A stretch of DNA of 64,000 nucleotides from a virus (lineage: Duplodnaviria; Caudoviricetes). Numbering within the stretch: the stretch's first letter is position 1; every line of letters starts with the position of its first letter. Both the position numbers and the translations under genes were made by a program. A model generated the notes under the pieces. It did no database searches and was not told the DNA's origin. It saw only the letters and a program-made list of their open reading frames with translations. The stretch spans positions 32,001 through 96,000 of the IMG/VR virus record IMGVR_UViG_3300028048_000071. One strand, 5' to 3'. Shown here in pieces: positions 41,655 through 51,439 of the stretch.

Positions 41655-42314
41655 ATGGCTAAGCAAACAATAAATAATCTTGAATCTGCGGCAACTGTTA
41701 GAAGCAAGATTAATAGTAACTTTACAGAACTATATGACCAAAAAGCTGATAAAAATCACGCATATACAGATTCAAGTTATGGTGCTGCATCAAACGAATT
41801 ATTTGGTCACGTAAAAATAAATGTTGCTAATGGCTTAAATGTTAGCGATGGTGTAGTAAGTTTAGCTCTTGCAACGACTACCGGTGCTGGTGCGGTGCAA
41901 TTAGCTGATTCTCTTACTTCAAATGACCCAACAAAAGCATTAAGTGCTGCACAAGGGAAAATTTTAAATGATACTTTAACATCGTTAGACGAAAATACTC
42001 CTCCAAAAAATCACGCAGTTGACAATGGTGATTATGGACTTGCAACAAGTTCTTTATATGGACATTTAAGAGTTACATCTGGAAATGGATTAACTTTAAA
42101 CGACGGGACTTTATCACTAAATGCCGCAACTACAAGTGCTGCCGGTGCAGTACAATTGGAGGATTCATTAGAATCTCAATCTACTACTAAAGCATTAACT
42201 GCTAATATGGGATATTATTTGAATAAACATAAAGCAGAAGCTTTTAGTGGAACAACAGTGCCAAGTAATAATCTTGGTAGTGATGGAGATATATACTTTT
42301 TATTAGAAAATTAA
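41655..42314 (+). CDS. tail fibre protein with fibre repeats
   Basis: duplicated YG.A...LF/YGH and ATT..AGAVQL.DSL.S...TKAL.A units. Confidence 0.7.
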   Translation: MAKQTINNLESAATVRSKINSNFTELYDQKADKNHAYTDSSYGAASNELFGHVKINVANGLNVSDGVVSLALATTTGAGAVQLADSLTSNDPTKALSAAQGKILNDTLTSLDENTPPKNHAVDNGDYGLATSSLYGHLRVTSGNGLTLNDGTLSLNAATTSAAGAVQLEDSLESQSTTKALTANMGYYLNKHKAEAFSGTTVPSNNLGSDGDIYFLLEN

Positions 42315-42329
42315 GGGGAGGTGTAAAAT

Positions 42330-43250
42330 ATGGCAGTAATATCAGAATATCCATTACATAACACAGGTCAAGAAGTTCAAACAGCAATTGACGATGCGTT
42401 AGATACATTACCTTATCAAATAGGTTTAAAGGCTAATACGGCGGATGTTTTAACAAAAACAAATACTGATGCTTACACTCCTACGTCTGACTATCATCCA
42501 GCAACAAAACTCTACTGCGATACAGTAAGACCTACTGTAACAATAGGGCAAACAACAACTGGAGCTGAAGGAACTGAAGCTCTTGTTACAAATACAGGAA
42601 CAGAAAGAGATGCTATACTTAATTTTACAATTCCAAGAGGAAATACTGGTGATGCTGCAGGATTTGCAACACCAACTGCTGTTGCTAATACTTTAGCACC
42701 AGGTTCACAAGCAACCGCATCTGTAGTTGCTAGTGGTGCTGCAACAAGTAAGTTATTTGAATTTACTTTTGGTATTCCACAAGGTATTCAAGGTATTCAA
42801 GGTATTCAAGGATTTTATGTAGATAATATAGTAAAAACATCTGGAACTGGAGCTGCTGGAACAGTAGACACTTATACAATGTATTTAAACGATGAGAATG
42901 AAACAGTTGCCGGAACATTTAATGTTTATAATGGGGCTGATGGTCAAGGTGCTGGTACCGTTACAAGTATTGGAATAACCAATTCAGACAATTCATTATT
43001 AATAACTGGTTCACCAATTACTTCAAATGGTAATATAGCTGTTGAGCATACTAATTCTATAACAGCACAAAGTAATTTAGCTGTTCGTGCATTATCTTTT
43101 GATGCAAGTGGACATATAACTGGATATAGTACAGTTGAAGAAACAGGTTTGATGTTTAAAAATGTATATGATACCGATGATAATGGAATAGTTGATGGAG
43201 CAGAATCCTTACACGATGAAGATAGCCAAATATGGTTTGAATTATCATAA
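42330..43250 (+). CDS. tail fibre protein with short collagen-like segment
   Basis: LNFTIPRG/FTFGIPQG units, GIQ x3 (caaggtatt repeat), YDTDDNGIVD. Confidence 0.7.
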   Translation: MAVISEYPLHNTGQEVQTAIDDALDTLPYQIGLKANTADVLTKTNTDAYTPTSDYHPATKLYCDTVRPTVTIGQTTTGAEGTEALVTNTGTERDAILNFTIPRGNTGDAAGFATPTAVANTLAPGSQATASVVASGAATSKLFEFTFGIPQGIQGIQGIQGFYVDNIVKTSGTGAAGTVDTYTMYLNDENETVAGTFNVYNGADGQGAGTVTSIGITNSDNSLLITGSPITSNGNIAVEHTNSITAQSNLAVRALSFDASGHITGYSTVEETGLMFKNVYDTDDNGIVDGAESLHDEDSQIWFELS

Positions 43251-43266
43251 TAGAAGGTGAAATTTA

Positions 43267-44379
43267 ATGGCAAGTACGTCTGGAACTTTATGGAATGAAT
43301 CGGTAATAGTACCTAATAAATGGTCTGGAGGACAATTAGTTACTCCAGAAGTTAAATCTACTGCAACTTATCAATGTGAAAGAAACGGTAGTCAATTAAA
43401 AATAAAAATAGATACATCAAATCATTGTACCAGTAGGGGTGCATATTGGGACTGGAGATGGGCTTTCTCAGTTTCAGTAAATGGAGTTGATATAGCTTCA
43501 AATATTCAAATAAAGCCTAGAACTTATTTAAATACAATTGGTACTAGAGTATTTAGTGCTTCTACAGGATGGGCTACTGTTAATATAGGTTCAGCAAATT
43601 CTGTAGTTGTGTCTGTTAGATATTATGACACTCAAGCCTATAATAATTCTATAGAGAGACATTCTATGGGAGGAGGTTCTCTTACTTTAGGGAATATACC
43701 TCAATTACCAAGCGTATCAATAAGTCAAAATAGTAAAACTCATAATTCAATTAGAGTAAATTACTCTACAAGTGGTTCTTATGACTATGTAAGAATCTTT
43801 TTAAATAATAATAAATATGGAGATTTTACAGGGAGTCCTGTAACAATTTCAAATTTAAGTCCTAATACAACATATAAAATATTTGCAAAGGCACACGGTA
43901 ATGGGGGTTTTGGTGGTCAAAGTAATACTCTTACTATAAAAACATATTTAACGCCTTCAACTGTAAGTTCTAATAAAATAGAAAATTTAGAGCCTTTTAG
44001 TTGTTCAGCATCTATGACTTCTAGTAATGCAAATAATACAAGTAAATATGAATTTGCTTTGTGTGATATAAATAAAAATGTTGTTCAGGGAGCATATCAA
44101 ACAAATAATTCTTATTATAATTTTACTGGAATGCAAGAAGAAACTTCATACTACATAAGATATAGAGTTCAATCAAAAGATTCTGGTTCTTGGTCTAATT
44201 ATGTCTATAGTCCATTATTTAAAACTCCAGCCGACCAAGTTAGAGCTTGGGGTAAAATAAATGGTTCTTGGAATAAAGGTAAAGTTTTCTTAAAGAAAGA
44301 TGGACAATGGGTTAAGGCAAAGAAGGCTTATGTAAAAATAAATGGAGAATGGATTTTATCAATTAATAAATATGATTAG
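43267..44379 (+). CDS. fibronectin type III domain virion protein
   Basis: NLSPNTTY and MQEETSYYIRYRV FN3 motifs; C-terminal KING.W repeats. Confidence 0.7.
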   Translation: MASTSGTLWNESVIVPNKWSGGQLVTPEVKSTATYQCERNGSQLKIKIDTSNHCTSRGAYWDWRWAFSVSVNGVDIASNIQIKPRTYLNTIGTRVFSASTGWATVNIGSANSVVVSVRYYDTQAYNNSIERHSMGGGSLTLGNIPQLPSVSISQNSKTHNSIRVNYSTSGSYDYVRIFLNNNKYGDFTGSPVTISNLSPNTTYKIFAKAHGNGGFGGQSNTLTIKTYLTPSTVSSNKIENLEPFSCSASMTSSNANNTSKYEFALCDINKNVVQGAYQTNNSYYNFTGMQEETSYYIRYRVQSKDSGSWSNYVYSPLFKTPADQVRAWGKINGSWNKGKVFLKKDGQWVKAKKAYVKINGEWILSINKYD

Positions 44380-44394
44380 AAAGGGGGAAAATGA

Positions 44395-44724
44395 ATGAAT
44401 AGTAAAAGATTTAGAAAAAATTTTTCTATATTTAAAGGGACAAATAAAAATATTGAAATTTTATTTGCTTTTGGAAAATATTGTCCTTATGAATTATCAG
44501 AAGGCGATAAATTAATTTTGACGGTTCTTGATTATAGAAACAATGATGAAATAGTAATTCAAAAAGAAGTTACTGGTGATAATATTTTTTCATTTATTCC
44601 CTCTGATACTGAAGAACTAGACGTAGGATTTTATAGATATAATGTTAAATTTATACCAGAAGACACAGAAGATATTTATGAAGTTATTGCACCTAGCACA
44701 TTTCATATAGAGGCGGGTGAATAA
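44395..44724 (+). CDS. BppU-N-like Ig-fold adaptor
   Basis: F.PSDTEEL..G.Y.Y.V pattern. Confidence 0.55.
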   Translation: MNSKRFRKNFSIFKGTNKNIEILFAFGKYCPYELSEGDKLILTVLDYRNNDEIVIQKEVTGDNIFSFIPSDTEELDVGFYRYNVKFIPEDTEDIYEVIAPSTFHIEAGE

Positions 44725-44726
44725 TA

Positions 44727-45134
44727 ATGGATGAAAGAACAATATGGGAAGATTTAGGAAAAACAAATCCAAGTATAGAATCTGAAGTTATTGAAGTAGG
44801 GAATATTAGTGATGTTGAAATAAGATGTCCAAGACCAAATGTTTCAGATAATTATAATAAATTAACTAATAAACCAAAAATTAACGGTGTTACTTTAGAA
44901 GGAAATAAGACAGCGGAAGATTTAGGAATAGATGTTGCTGATTTAAATTATGTTCACAATCAAACCGAAGCTTCTGATGAATGGGTTATAGTTCATAATC
45001 TAAATAAATATCCTGCTGTTTCAATAATAGATAGTGCTGGAGACGAGGTTGAAGGTAATGTTCACTATGACACATTAAATCAAGTAACAATAACTTTTAT
45101 AGGTTCTTTTAAAGGAACCGCAACATTAAATTAA
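44727..45134 (+). CDS. tail fibre-associated protein
   Basis: YNKLTNKPKINGVTLEGN and W.IVHNLNKYPAV motifs. Confidence 0.65.
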   Translation: MDERTIWEDLGKTNPSIESEVIEVGNISDVEIRCPRPNVSDNYNKLTNKPKINGVTLEGNKTAEDLGIDVADLNYVHNQTEASDEWVIVHNLNKYPAVSIIDSAGDEVEGNVHYDTLNQVTITFIGSFKGTATLN

Positions 45135-45154
45135 AACGAAAGGGGTAATATAAT

Positions 45155-46648
45155 ATGGCAAAAAGTTTTTTAGTTGATATTAACTTAAACAAAAATGAAT
45201 TGCAAAATGCTATTGTTCAAAATTTAGCAACTAACCCAAGCAATCCAAAGCCAGGTCAAGTATATTTTAATACTACAACAAATAGATTTAGAGTATATAC
45301 TGGAACTGAATGGGATGAAATGGGTACTGGTGGTGGAACAGTAACTAGCGTTGATGCTGCTAATACAGATGGGTCATTAACTATTTCTGGTAATCCAATT
45401 ACTTCATCTGGAACAATAACTGTTGACCACACAAATACAATTAGTGCCGTTACAACTTCTGGAATATATCCAATAAAAGTTGATGCAAACGGACATATCA
45501 CTGAGACTGGAACTGCTTTAGGTAATGTTTCAACTACTGCGGCAGGTTTACTTCCAGCATTTAGTTCTGCAAACCAATCATCTACAGCTGTAGCAACAAA
45601 TGATTATGTTTGGGATGCAACTACAAATAAATATTCAAAATTACCAGCAAACGCATTTAAAGATACTACTTATACAGATGGAACTGCTGGTTATACTTTA
45701 AAAGCAAAACAAGATAGTGAAGGAAATCAAATTAATACAACTTATGCACCATTAGCAAGTCCAGCATTTACTGGAACTCCAACTGCACCAAAAGCAACTG
45801 CTGGTGATAGTAGCGACCAAATCGCAACTACATCATTTGTTAGTGAGGCTTTAGGGGCTGTATCTGGTGCAATGCACTTTAAAGGTACTGTTGGTACTGG
45901 TGGAACTGCCGGAACTTCTTTACCAACTAGCGGAGTAACTATTGGAGACACATATAAAGTTGTAACTAAAGGAACTTATGCTGGTCAAGCTGCTGGTGTA
46001 GGAGACTTATTTATAGCAACTGCTACTACTCCAACTTGGGCTTATGTACCATCTGGAGATGACGCTGCTGTAACAAGTATTACTGCTGGTACTGGTTTAA
46101 CTGGTGGAACAATAACTACTACTGGTACTATTGCTTTAGCTACAAGTGGTGTTTCTGCTGGTACATATCAAGGTATAACTGTTGATACTTATGGTAGAGT
46201 AACATCTGCTCAAGATATGGGTTATACAACAAACGAAGGTACTGTAACTTCAGTAGGAATAACTGCGGGTAGCGGTATTTCTGTATCTGGTAGTCCAATA
46301 ACTACAAGTGGTTCTATTACAGTAGGACATACAAATTCAATAACTGCACAATCTACATCTGGAGTATATCCAATCAAAATAGATGCAAATGGACATATCA
46401 CAGAATATGGTAGTGCTGTAACTATTTTAAAGAAATATGCTGCTACTATAACAGGAGATGCAAGTAAAACAAGTTTTACTATAACTCATAATTTAGGAAG
46501 CAGAGATGTAACAGTTCAAGTATATGATGGTACAAGCTATGAAGAAGTAATTGTTGATGTAACAAGAACTAGTACTTCAGTTGTAACTATCGGATTCGCT
46601 AGTGCACCTGCAACAGGAGCTACTTATAGAGTTGTAGTAATCGGCTAA
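45155..46648 (+). CDS. tail fibre protein
   Basis: APLASPAFTGTPTAP, GTVTSV repeats, ITVDTYGRVT, C-terminal ITHNLG domain. Confidence 0.75.
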   Translation: MAKSFLVDINLNKNELQNAIVQNLATNPSNPKPGQVYFNTTTNRFRVYTGTEWDEMGTGGGTVTSVDAANTDGSLTISGNPITSSGTITVDHTNTISAVTTSGIYPIKVDANGHITETGTALGNVSTTAAGLLPAFSSANQSSTAVATNDYVWDATTNKYSKLPANAFKDTTYTDGTAGYTLKAKQDSEGNQINTTYAPLASPAFTGTPTAPKATAGDSSDQIATTSFVSEALGAVSGAMHFKGTVGTGGTAGTSLPTSGVTIGDTYKVVTKGTYAGQAAGVGDLFIATATTPTWAYVPSGDDAAVTSITAGTGLTGGTITTTGTIALATSGVSAGTYQGITVDTYGRVTSAQDMGYTTNEGTVTSVGITAGSGISVSGSPITTSGSITVGHTNSITAQSTSGVYPIKIDANGHITEYGSAVTILKKYAATITGDASKTSFTITHNLGSRDVTVQVYDGTSYEEVIVDVTRTSTSVVTIGFASAPATGATYRVVVIG

Positions 46649-46664
46649 TTAAGGAGGTGGCTAA

Positions 46665-47768
46665 ATGCAACTATTAAGTACATTAAATAGTCTTGATAAT
46701 GTTGCTGATGGTTCTACAAGAAAGCTTCTTAAAACCGCCACTTCAAGCGGTTCTGGGAATGCAGTAACCGCAGTTAGCATATCAGGCGACACTTTAACTT
46801 ATACATTAGGTTCATCGTTTTCATTGAGTAATCATACTCACGATGCAGCCACAACGTCTGCAGCTGGTTTTTTATCAGCCGCAGACAAAAAGAAATTAGA
46901 TGCAACTTCAGGTTATTATGGAACTTGTAGTACAGCAAAAGGGACTGCCGCAAAAGTTGTTGATTGTAGTAATTATGTTTTAGCAACTGGTGCAGTTATT
47001 TATGTCAAATTTACCAACGCCAATGAGTATAATGGTACTGCGACATTAAATGTTAATGGTACTGGAGCAAAAGATATTGCTAGAGTAGGTACAACAAAAA
47101 CAACCAGATATTATTGGAGTGCAGGAGAAGTAGTCGGTTTTGTATATGATGGTACAAATTATATAATAATTGAAAGAGGAACTGCCTCAACTACTTATTA
47201 TGGTGTTACAAAATTAATAACAACCGCAACAAATACATCTGAGGCTTTGGCGTTAACTCCAAAAGCATTAAATAATTTTGCACAAAATATGATTGCTAAT
47301 TATGCAGTATATTCATCTTCTTCTACCTATAATGTAGGAGATAGAGTTAGATATAGTTATAATACATATGAATGTATAGTGGCTATTTCAACAGCAGAAG
47401 CGTGGACTGCAGCTCATTGGAAGGCTTTAGACCCTTTACAAACACAGATAGATGAAAAATCTGAGGTTTCTATAAGTAGGAATTTAACTTCTGGAGAAAA
47501 AATAGGTACTATAACTATAGATGGAACAGCAACTGATTTATATGCTCCTGCTACAGGTAGTGTTAATACGTCTTTGGCTAGTCCACAACAAACATATTAT
47601 TTAACAGGAGTTCAAACAACTGCTGCTGGGCAAGGTAATTTATATAATAGTTATTTGTCTAGTACATATACAGGAATAAAATATGTAACTTCTACTTCTC
47701 AAGAAGGTGGAAGTTTATATGTAGACGACAGAGAAGTCGTTACAGGATTATATTATGAAATTTCATAA
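46665..47768 (+). CDS. tail fibre protein with CBM5/12-like module
   Basis: ATTSAAGFLSAADKKKLD, VKFT.AN...TLNVNGTGAK, TYNVGDRV.Y...YEC...W...HW. Confidence 0.72.
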   Translation: MQLLSTLNSLDNVADGSTRKLLKTATSSGSGNAVTAVSISGDTLTYTLGSSFSLSNHTHDAATTSAAGFLSAADKKKLDATSGYYGTCSTAKGTAAKVVDCSNYVLATGAVIYVKFTNANEYNGTATLNVNGTGAKDIARVGTTKTTRYYWSAGEVVGFVYDGTNYIIIERGTASTTYYGVTKLITTATNTSEALALTPKALNNFAQNMIANYAVYSSSSTYNVGDRVRYSYNTYECIVAISTAEAWTAAHWKALDPLQTQIDEKSEVSISRNLTSGEKIGTITIDGTATDLYAPATGSVNTSLASPQQTYYLTGVQTTAAGQGNLYNSYLSSTYTGIKYVTSTSQEGGSLYVDDREVVTGLYYEIS

Positions 47769-47792
47769 AATAAAAGAAAGGAGAGATAATTA

Positions 47793-50027
47793 ATGGCTAC
47801 AGTTAAGTTTTATAATGATAAAGAAAAAACTCAACAAGTATATCCAGAAATTGACCCAGATGGAAATTATCCTGGTGTCACAGTTGGACTTGCCAATAAC
47901 CTTGTTTCACCAGACGGTATAAATGATATAGATACTTGGCAATATCGTTCAACTGGTGGAGAACTTGATATTACTGATGGATATGCAACATTAAAGAAAC
48001 TTATTGGTACAACTGAATCTTCAACTATAGAAGAAAGTCTAACACATAACTTAATTACAACTGGTGTAACTTCTGTAACTGTTGATACAAGTACATTTAA
48101 AAGTCAAATAAGTACAAGTGGAACATATAATTTTATATATACTCCAACAATTACTTATTCATCTGCTTTAGTATATTCATTAAATAAAAGCACTTTTGCT
48201 AATTATGTAAGTCAAGCAACTGGAACATATACATTTACTTATACTGCTGTTGTTTCACCAGTAGATACATCTAGTGTTATACAAACTTTTACACAATCAA
48301 CATTTGTTAACAAAGTAAATGAAACACCAGATACTTATACATTTACATATAATGGTTCAAATTGGCAATTAGATGGAACAAACGTAACAATGAGTCAATA
48401 TGGTATTACAACAAAAGGAACTGAAACAAGTGGAACAACAATTACTGTTTATTATACAAGTAATTCTTGGTATTACAATAATGCCTCAATTTCTATGAGT
48501 AATTATGGTATTTCAACAACTGGCTCTGAATCTGTTGGAGACACAATTGCTATATCTTATACATCTAATGACTGGATGTTAAATAACACTGCAATAACAC
48601 TTGCTGATTACGGAATTGTAATTACAGGAGGAACTGCAGCAATTGACGATAATATTCAAATAATATTTATTGCTGAACAAGTAGGTGTAATTCAAACTGC
48701 AAATCCAACTGGATTATATAGTGTTGGAATGAACCAATTTAATAAAGATGGTTCTCAAATATTTAGAAATTATACATTAAATTCATCTGGTGGAATAAGT
48801 GCGGCAACTGGATATTATGTAATTTATTTTAAATGTATAGGAGGAGAAACTTATACTATTTATAATGAAACACCTTCATCTACTGTTAGAGTTGGTTATA
48901 GTGCAACTATCCCAACTACATCAAGCACTGTTACATTATTAAGTACAGTTTCATCATCTGAATGGGCTGATGTTCTAGTTAATGACTCATATAAATCACA
49001 CTATTATCCAAATAATCCTGGATATTTAGTTGTTGCGACAAGTGACATTGAAAATTTATGTTGTCATTTAACTTGGGAAGCAGTAAAGGATGATGTATAT
49101 GAATCTTATTTTAATTATACATTACCTATTCCATACACTGATAAAAATGGAGATGTAATAACAACTTATGGTTTAGTAAACTTAGATGATGGTACTCAAT
49201 ATTATGATGAAATAAATTTTGAAGACCTTAAATGGTATAAGAGAACAACTAGAATTGAATATAGTGCTGAAAACTTGGCAACTGTTCAAGCATTAGGTGT
49301 TCCATATTTATATGATGCAAATTGGATTTATTATGGTGTTAATACAGTTGAATATAACTTAGAAGACGTTTCTTATTCATATGAAATATCAAACTATGGT
49401 ACTGAAGAGTTTATTAACTCTGCATTGCCATTAACTGCAACAATATTCTATCAAGAAAACTTAAGAGATAAAATAAGATTCTCTATGGAAGTTATTGATA
49501 ATAAAGTTGAGAAAATTGATAGTGCTTCTACTTATACAAAATATTCAAGTGCAAAAGCATCTTATAACCTAGATAAAGCATTAAGACATATACTTGGTCT
49601 TGATGTAGATACATTCTCAACAAGCAGCACTTATGCTGTTGGTGATTATGTTGTATACGATGGTAAATTGTGGAAATGTACCACTGCCGTAACAAGTGCA
49701 GGAGCTTGGACTGGTAATGGATTATCTGTTAGAAGTAATAATAATGGAATATTACTTGATATGGACACAACTAAATTTTTAAAATTCTTAGATTCAGATA
49801 GACCTGGAAGTCCTTGTGGAATTCCTGAACTTTATGCAAATGATGGCGGTACATACCAAATTCATTTAACATATGCAACAACATCAAACGATTATCACTT
49901 CGCTAATGCTGCTGAATTAGAAGAACAAACTGGTCTTGTAGTAAGTAGTGCAACTGGTGGAGTATCATTTAGTTATAATAGTTCTTCTGCAAATTGGGAA
50001 GAATCATATTTATTTAAAGCAAATTAA
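47793..50027 (+). CDS. large tail fibre/baseplate protein with C-terminal CBM5/12-like module
   Basis: internal W...T/SMS.YGI repeats; STYAVGDYVVYDGKLWKC; last gene before cassette array. Confidence 0.72.
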   Translation: MATVKFYNDKEKTQQVYPEIDPDGNYPGVTVGLANNLVSPDGINDIDTWQYRSTGGELDITDGYATLKKLIGTTESSTIEESLTHNLITTGVTSVTVDTSTFKSQISTSGTYNFIYTPTITYSSALVYSLNKSTFANYVSQATGTYTFTYTAVVSPVDTSSVIQTFTQSTFVNKVNETPDTYTFTYNGSNWQLDGTNVTMSQYGITTKGTETSGTTITVYYTSNSWYYNNASISMSNYGISTTGSESVGDTIAISYTSNDWMLNNTAITLADYGIVITGGTAAIDDNIQIIFIAEQVGVIQTANPTGLYSVGMNQFNKDGSQIFRNYTLNSSGGISAATGYYVIYFKCIGGETYTIYNETPSSTVRVGYSATIPTTSSTVTLLSTVSSSEWADVLVNDSYKSHYYPNNPGYLVVATSDIENLCCHLTWEAVKDDVYESYFNYTLPIPYTDKNGDVITTYGLVNLDDGTQYYDEINFEDLKWYKRTTRIEYSAENLATVQALGVPYLYDANWIYYGVNTVEYNLEDVSYSYEISNYGTEEFINSALPLTATIFYQENLRDKIRFSMEVIDNKVEKIDSASTYTKYSSAKASYNLDKALRHILGLDVDTFSTSSTYAVGDYVVYDGKLWKCTTAVTSAGAWTGNGLSVRSNNNGILLDMDTTKFLKFLDSDRPGSPCGIPELYANDGGTYQIHLTYATTSNDYHFANAAELEEQTGLVVSSATGGVSFSYNSSSANWEESYLFKAN

Positions 50028-50049
50028 TGAATGAAAGGAGAATAATTTT

Positions 50050-50211
50050 ATGTTAGAAATAATTAAATCATTCTTCTCCCCTGTAGGGGGGGGCGAACAA
50101 GCTTCGCTTCACAGAATGGAAATATACAAAGGAAGGAGGATTTGCGTCAAGAGTATAGTAACTCTTCAAGCAATTCCGACTTCAATAGAAAGAGAGGTGA
50201 AGAGTATCTAA
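50050..50211 (+). CDS. leader peptide 1 of cassette-selection bank (53 aa in current G8 state; not in ORF track)
   Basis: GAAAGGAG SD; MLEIIKSFFSPV-GGG-EQ...EVKSI*; one extra G fuses it to the 50142-50486 frame. Confidence 0.8.
   Translation: MLEIIKSFFSPVGGGEQASLHRMEIYKGRRICVKSIVTLQAIPTSIEREVKSI
50086..50093 (+). repeat. poly-G tract 1 (G8), candidate phase-variable switch
   Basis: G8 after codon 12 of leader 1 in an AT-rich genome. Confidence 0.9.
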
Positions 50212-50291
50212 AATCTTCTTATGGAAGATTTGCAGATGGAAGCAACGCTTCTGTCTTAATCTCTTCATCTTTCGCAAGTGAAAATATCGTA

Positions 50292-50300
50292 GGGGGGGGG
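50292..50300 (+). repeat. poly-G tract 2 (G9)
   Basis: GTA-GGGGGGGGG-C in frame in extended leader. Confidence 0.9.
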
Positions 50301-50426
50301 CAGCTACGCTCGAATAATTATTCAGCAAGCAGTCGCTCTTATAAAGGAGGTGAAGGCAATTACGCTAGCTTAATGTCTAGTGATTTTGCCGGAACCGAGA
50401 CAATGTTAAACCCTGACCGCATAGTC

Positions 50427-50435
50427 GGGGGGGGG
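50427..50435 (+). repeat. poly-G tract 3 (G9)
   Basis: GTC-GGGGGGGGG-C in frame in extended leader. Confidence 0.9.
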
Positions 50436-50582
50436 CGAAATCCATTTGGATTCGTCTTCAAAGAAAGGGGGCAAGCCACTATTTAGACTTGCCTCTTATA
50501 CACGAAATGATTTCTCTTTCAAGAAGGGAGGTGCAGGCTTAACAGTCTGTACTCCTTTTTATTATGAAGGAGGTGTGTGTTA

Positions 50583-50966
50583 ATGCAAATTAATAAAGAC
50601 CTTATTATTAGTGGAACTAATATGACTTTAGGCGATACAGCCTATAAAGATATATATTCAACAACTGAAACCAAGACTAATAAGGTTTGGATTGATGGTC
50701 GTACTATATATAGAAAGGTTATTACTGGAAATTTATCTCAGGCACAATGGAATCACGGAATAACTTTTGATACTATTGTTTCTATAGAAGGTGTTTTTAT
50801 AAATACTAATTCTGGTAATACATTTAATATACCTAGTACAAGACCTGATTTTCCTGATTATCAAGTTGGTGTATTTGTGAATAATACATTTATAACTTTA
50901 GAACGTGCTACTGGTGCTCAACGTGCGGATATGAGTTTTTATGTAGTTTTAGAATATGTGAAATAA
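50583..50966 (+). CDS. cassette 1: tail-tip/receptor-binding module
   Basis: MQINKDL N-terminus; YSTTETKTNKVWIDGRTIYRKV fibre-tip domain; own SD AAGGAGGTG. Confidence 0.75.
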   Translation: MQINKDLIISGTNMTLGDTAYKDIYSTTETKTNKVWIDGRTIYRKVITGNLSQAQWNHGITFDTIVSIEGVFINTNSGNTFNIPSTRPDFPDYQVGVFVNNTFITLERATGAQRADMSFYVVLEYVK

Positions 50967-50995
50967 CACACACAACAGGCTAACAGCCTAACATT

Positions 50996-51403
50996 ATGGC
51001 TAAATTTACAATTAATAAAGACTTCTTTGTAGGTGATACAAATTATTCTTTAGAGGATATTCCTTTTGGAGTAGAACCCGAAGTCCCATCTAATCAAAAT
51101 TATTTTAAATTTGGGAATATGATGATTTGTTGGGGTTGGAGAAACGTAACTTTAAACTGGAATGGGAATGGAGCTTATGCTGATTTTAATTTAGCAAACG
51201 ATGGAACTCCATATAAAGATACTGCATATAGAATTGTTGGGAGTTATGCTGGAAGCACAGCTTATTATGCAGGAAACTGGTGCTGGTTTGAAAGCAAAGG
51301 GACGACAAGTGCAAGAGTAAATTGCTGGTGTGAACAAGCTAATAAACCAACATCTATTATTATAGGTTTTATAGCCATTGGAAGATGGCGTGATGCTGAA
51401 TAA
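50996..51403 (+). CDS. cassette 2: gp53-C-like tail-tip module
   Basis: TINKDF N-terminus; YFKFGNMMICWG...FIAIGRW; no local SD. Confidence 0.72.
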   Translation: MAKFTINKDFFVGDTNYSLEDIPFGVEPEVPSNQNYFKFGNMMICWGWRNVTLNWNGNGAYADFNLANDGTPYKDTAYRIVGSYAGSTAYYAGNWCWFESKGTTSARVNCWCEQANKPTSIIIGFIAIGRWRDAE

Positions 51404-51439
51404 AAACATTTCGTGATGAGCAAGCCTTTTGGCGAACTT

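Larger units (their letters stand above)
50086..50585 (+). promoter_or_regulatory. RBS bank 1: serial hairpin modules each carrying an SD-like sequence and a leader stop codon
   Basis: SD-like sites at 50133, 50192, 50292(G9), 50344, 50465, 50524, 50567; only the last is followed by a cassette ATG; modules are complementary to downstream spacers. Confidence 0.8.

Noticed and set aside
50086-50435. G-quadruplex formed by the G-runs
   Set aside because: Runs are more than 120 nt apart and each sits in codon phase after a Val codon; reading-frame logic explains them better.
50142-50486. 114-aa ORF as an independent protein-coding gene
   Set aside because: Its frame is open back through tract 1 and joins ATG 50050 with one added G; the sequence is low-complexity and overlaps hairpin modules. 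Better read as the read-through frame of leader 1, though initiation at TTG 50142 is not excluded.
50086-50585. tRNA, riboswitch or CRISPR array in the structured intergenic region
   Set aside because: No cloverleaf, no recognised aptamer and no identical direct repeats with spacers.
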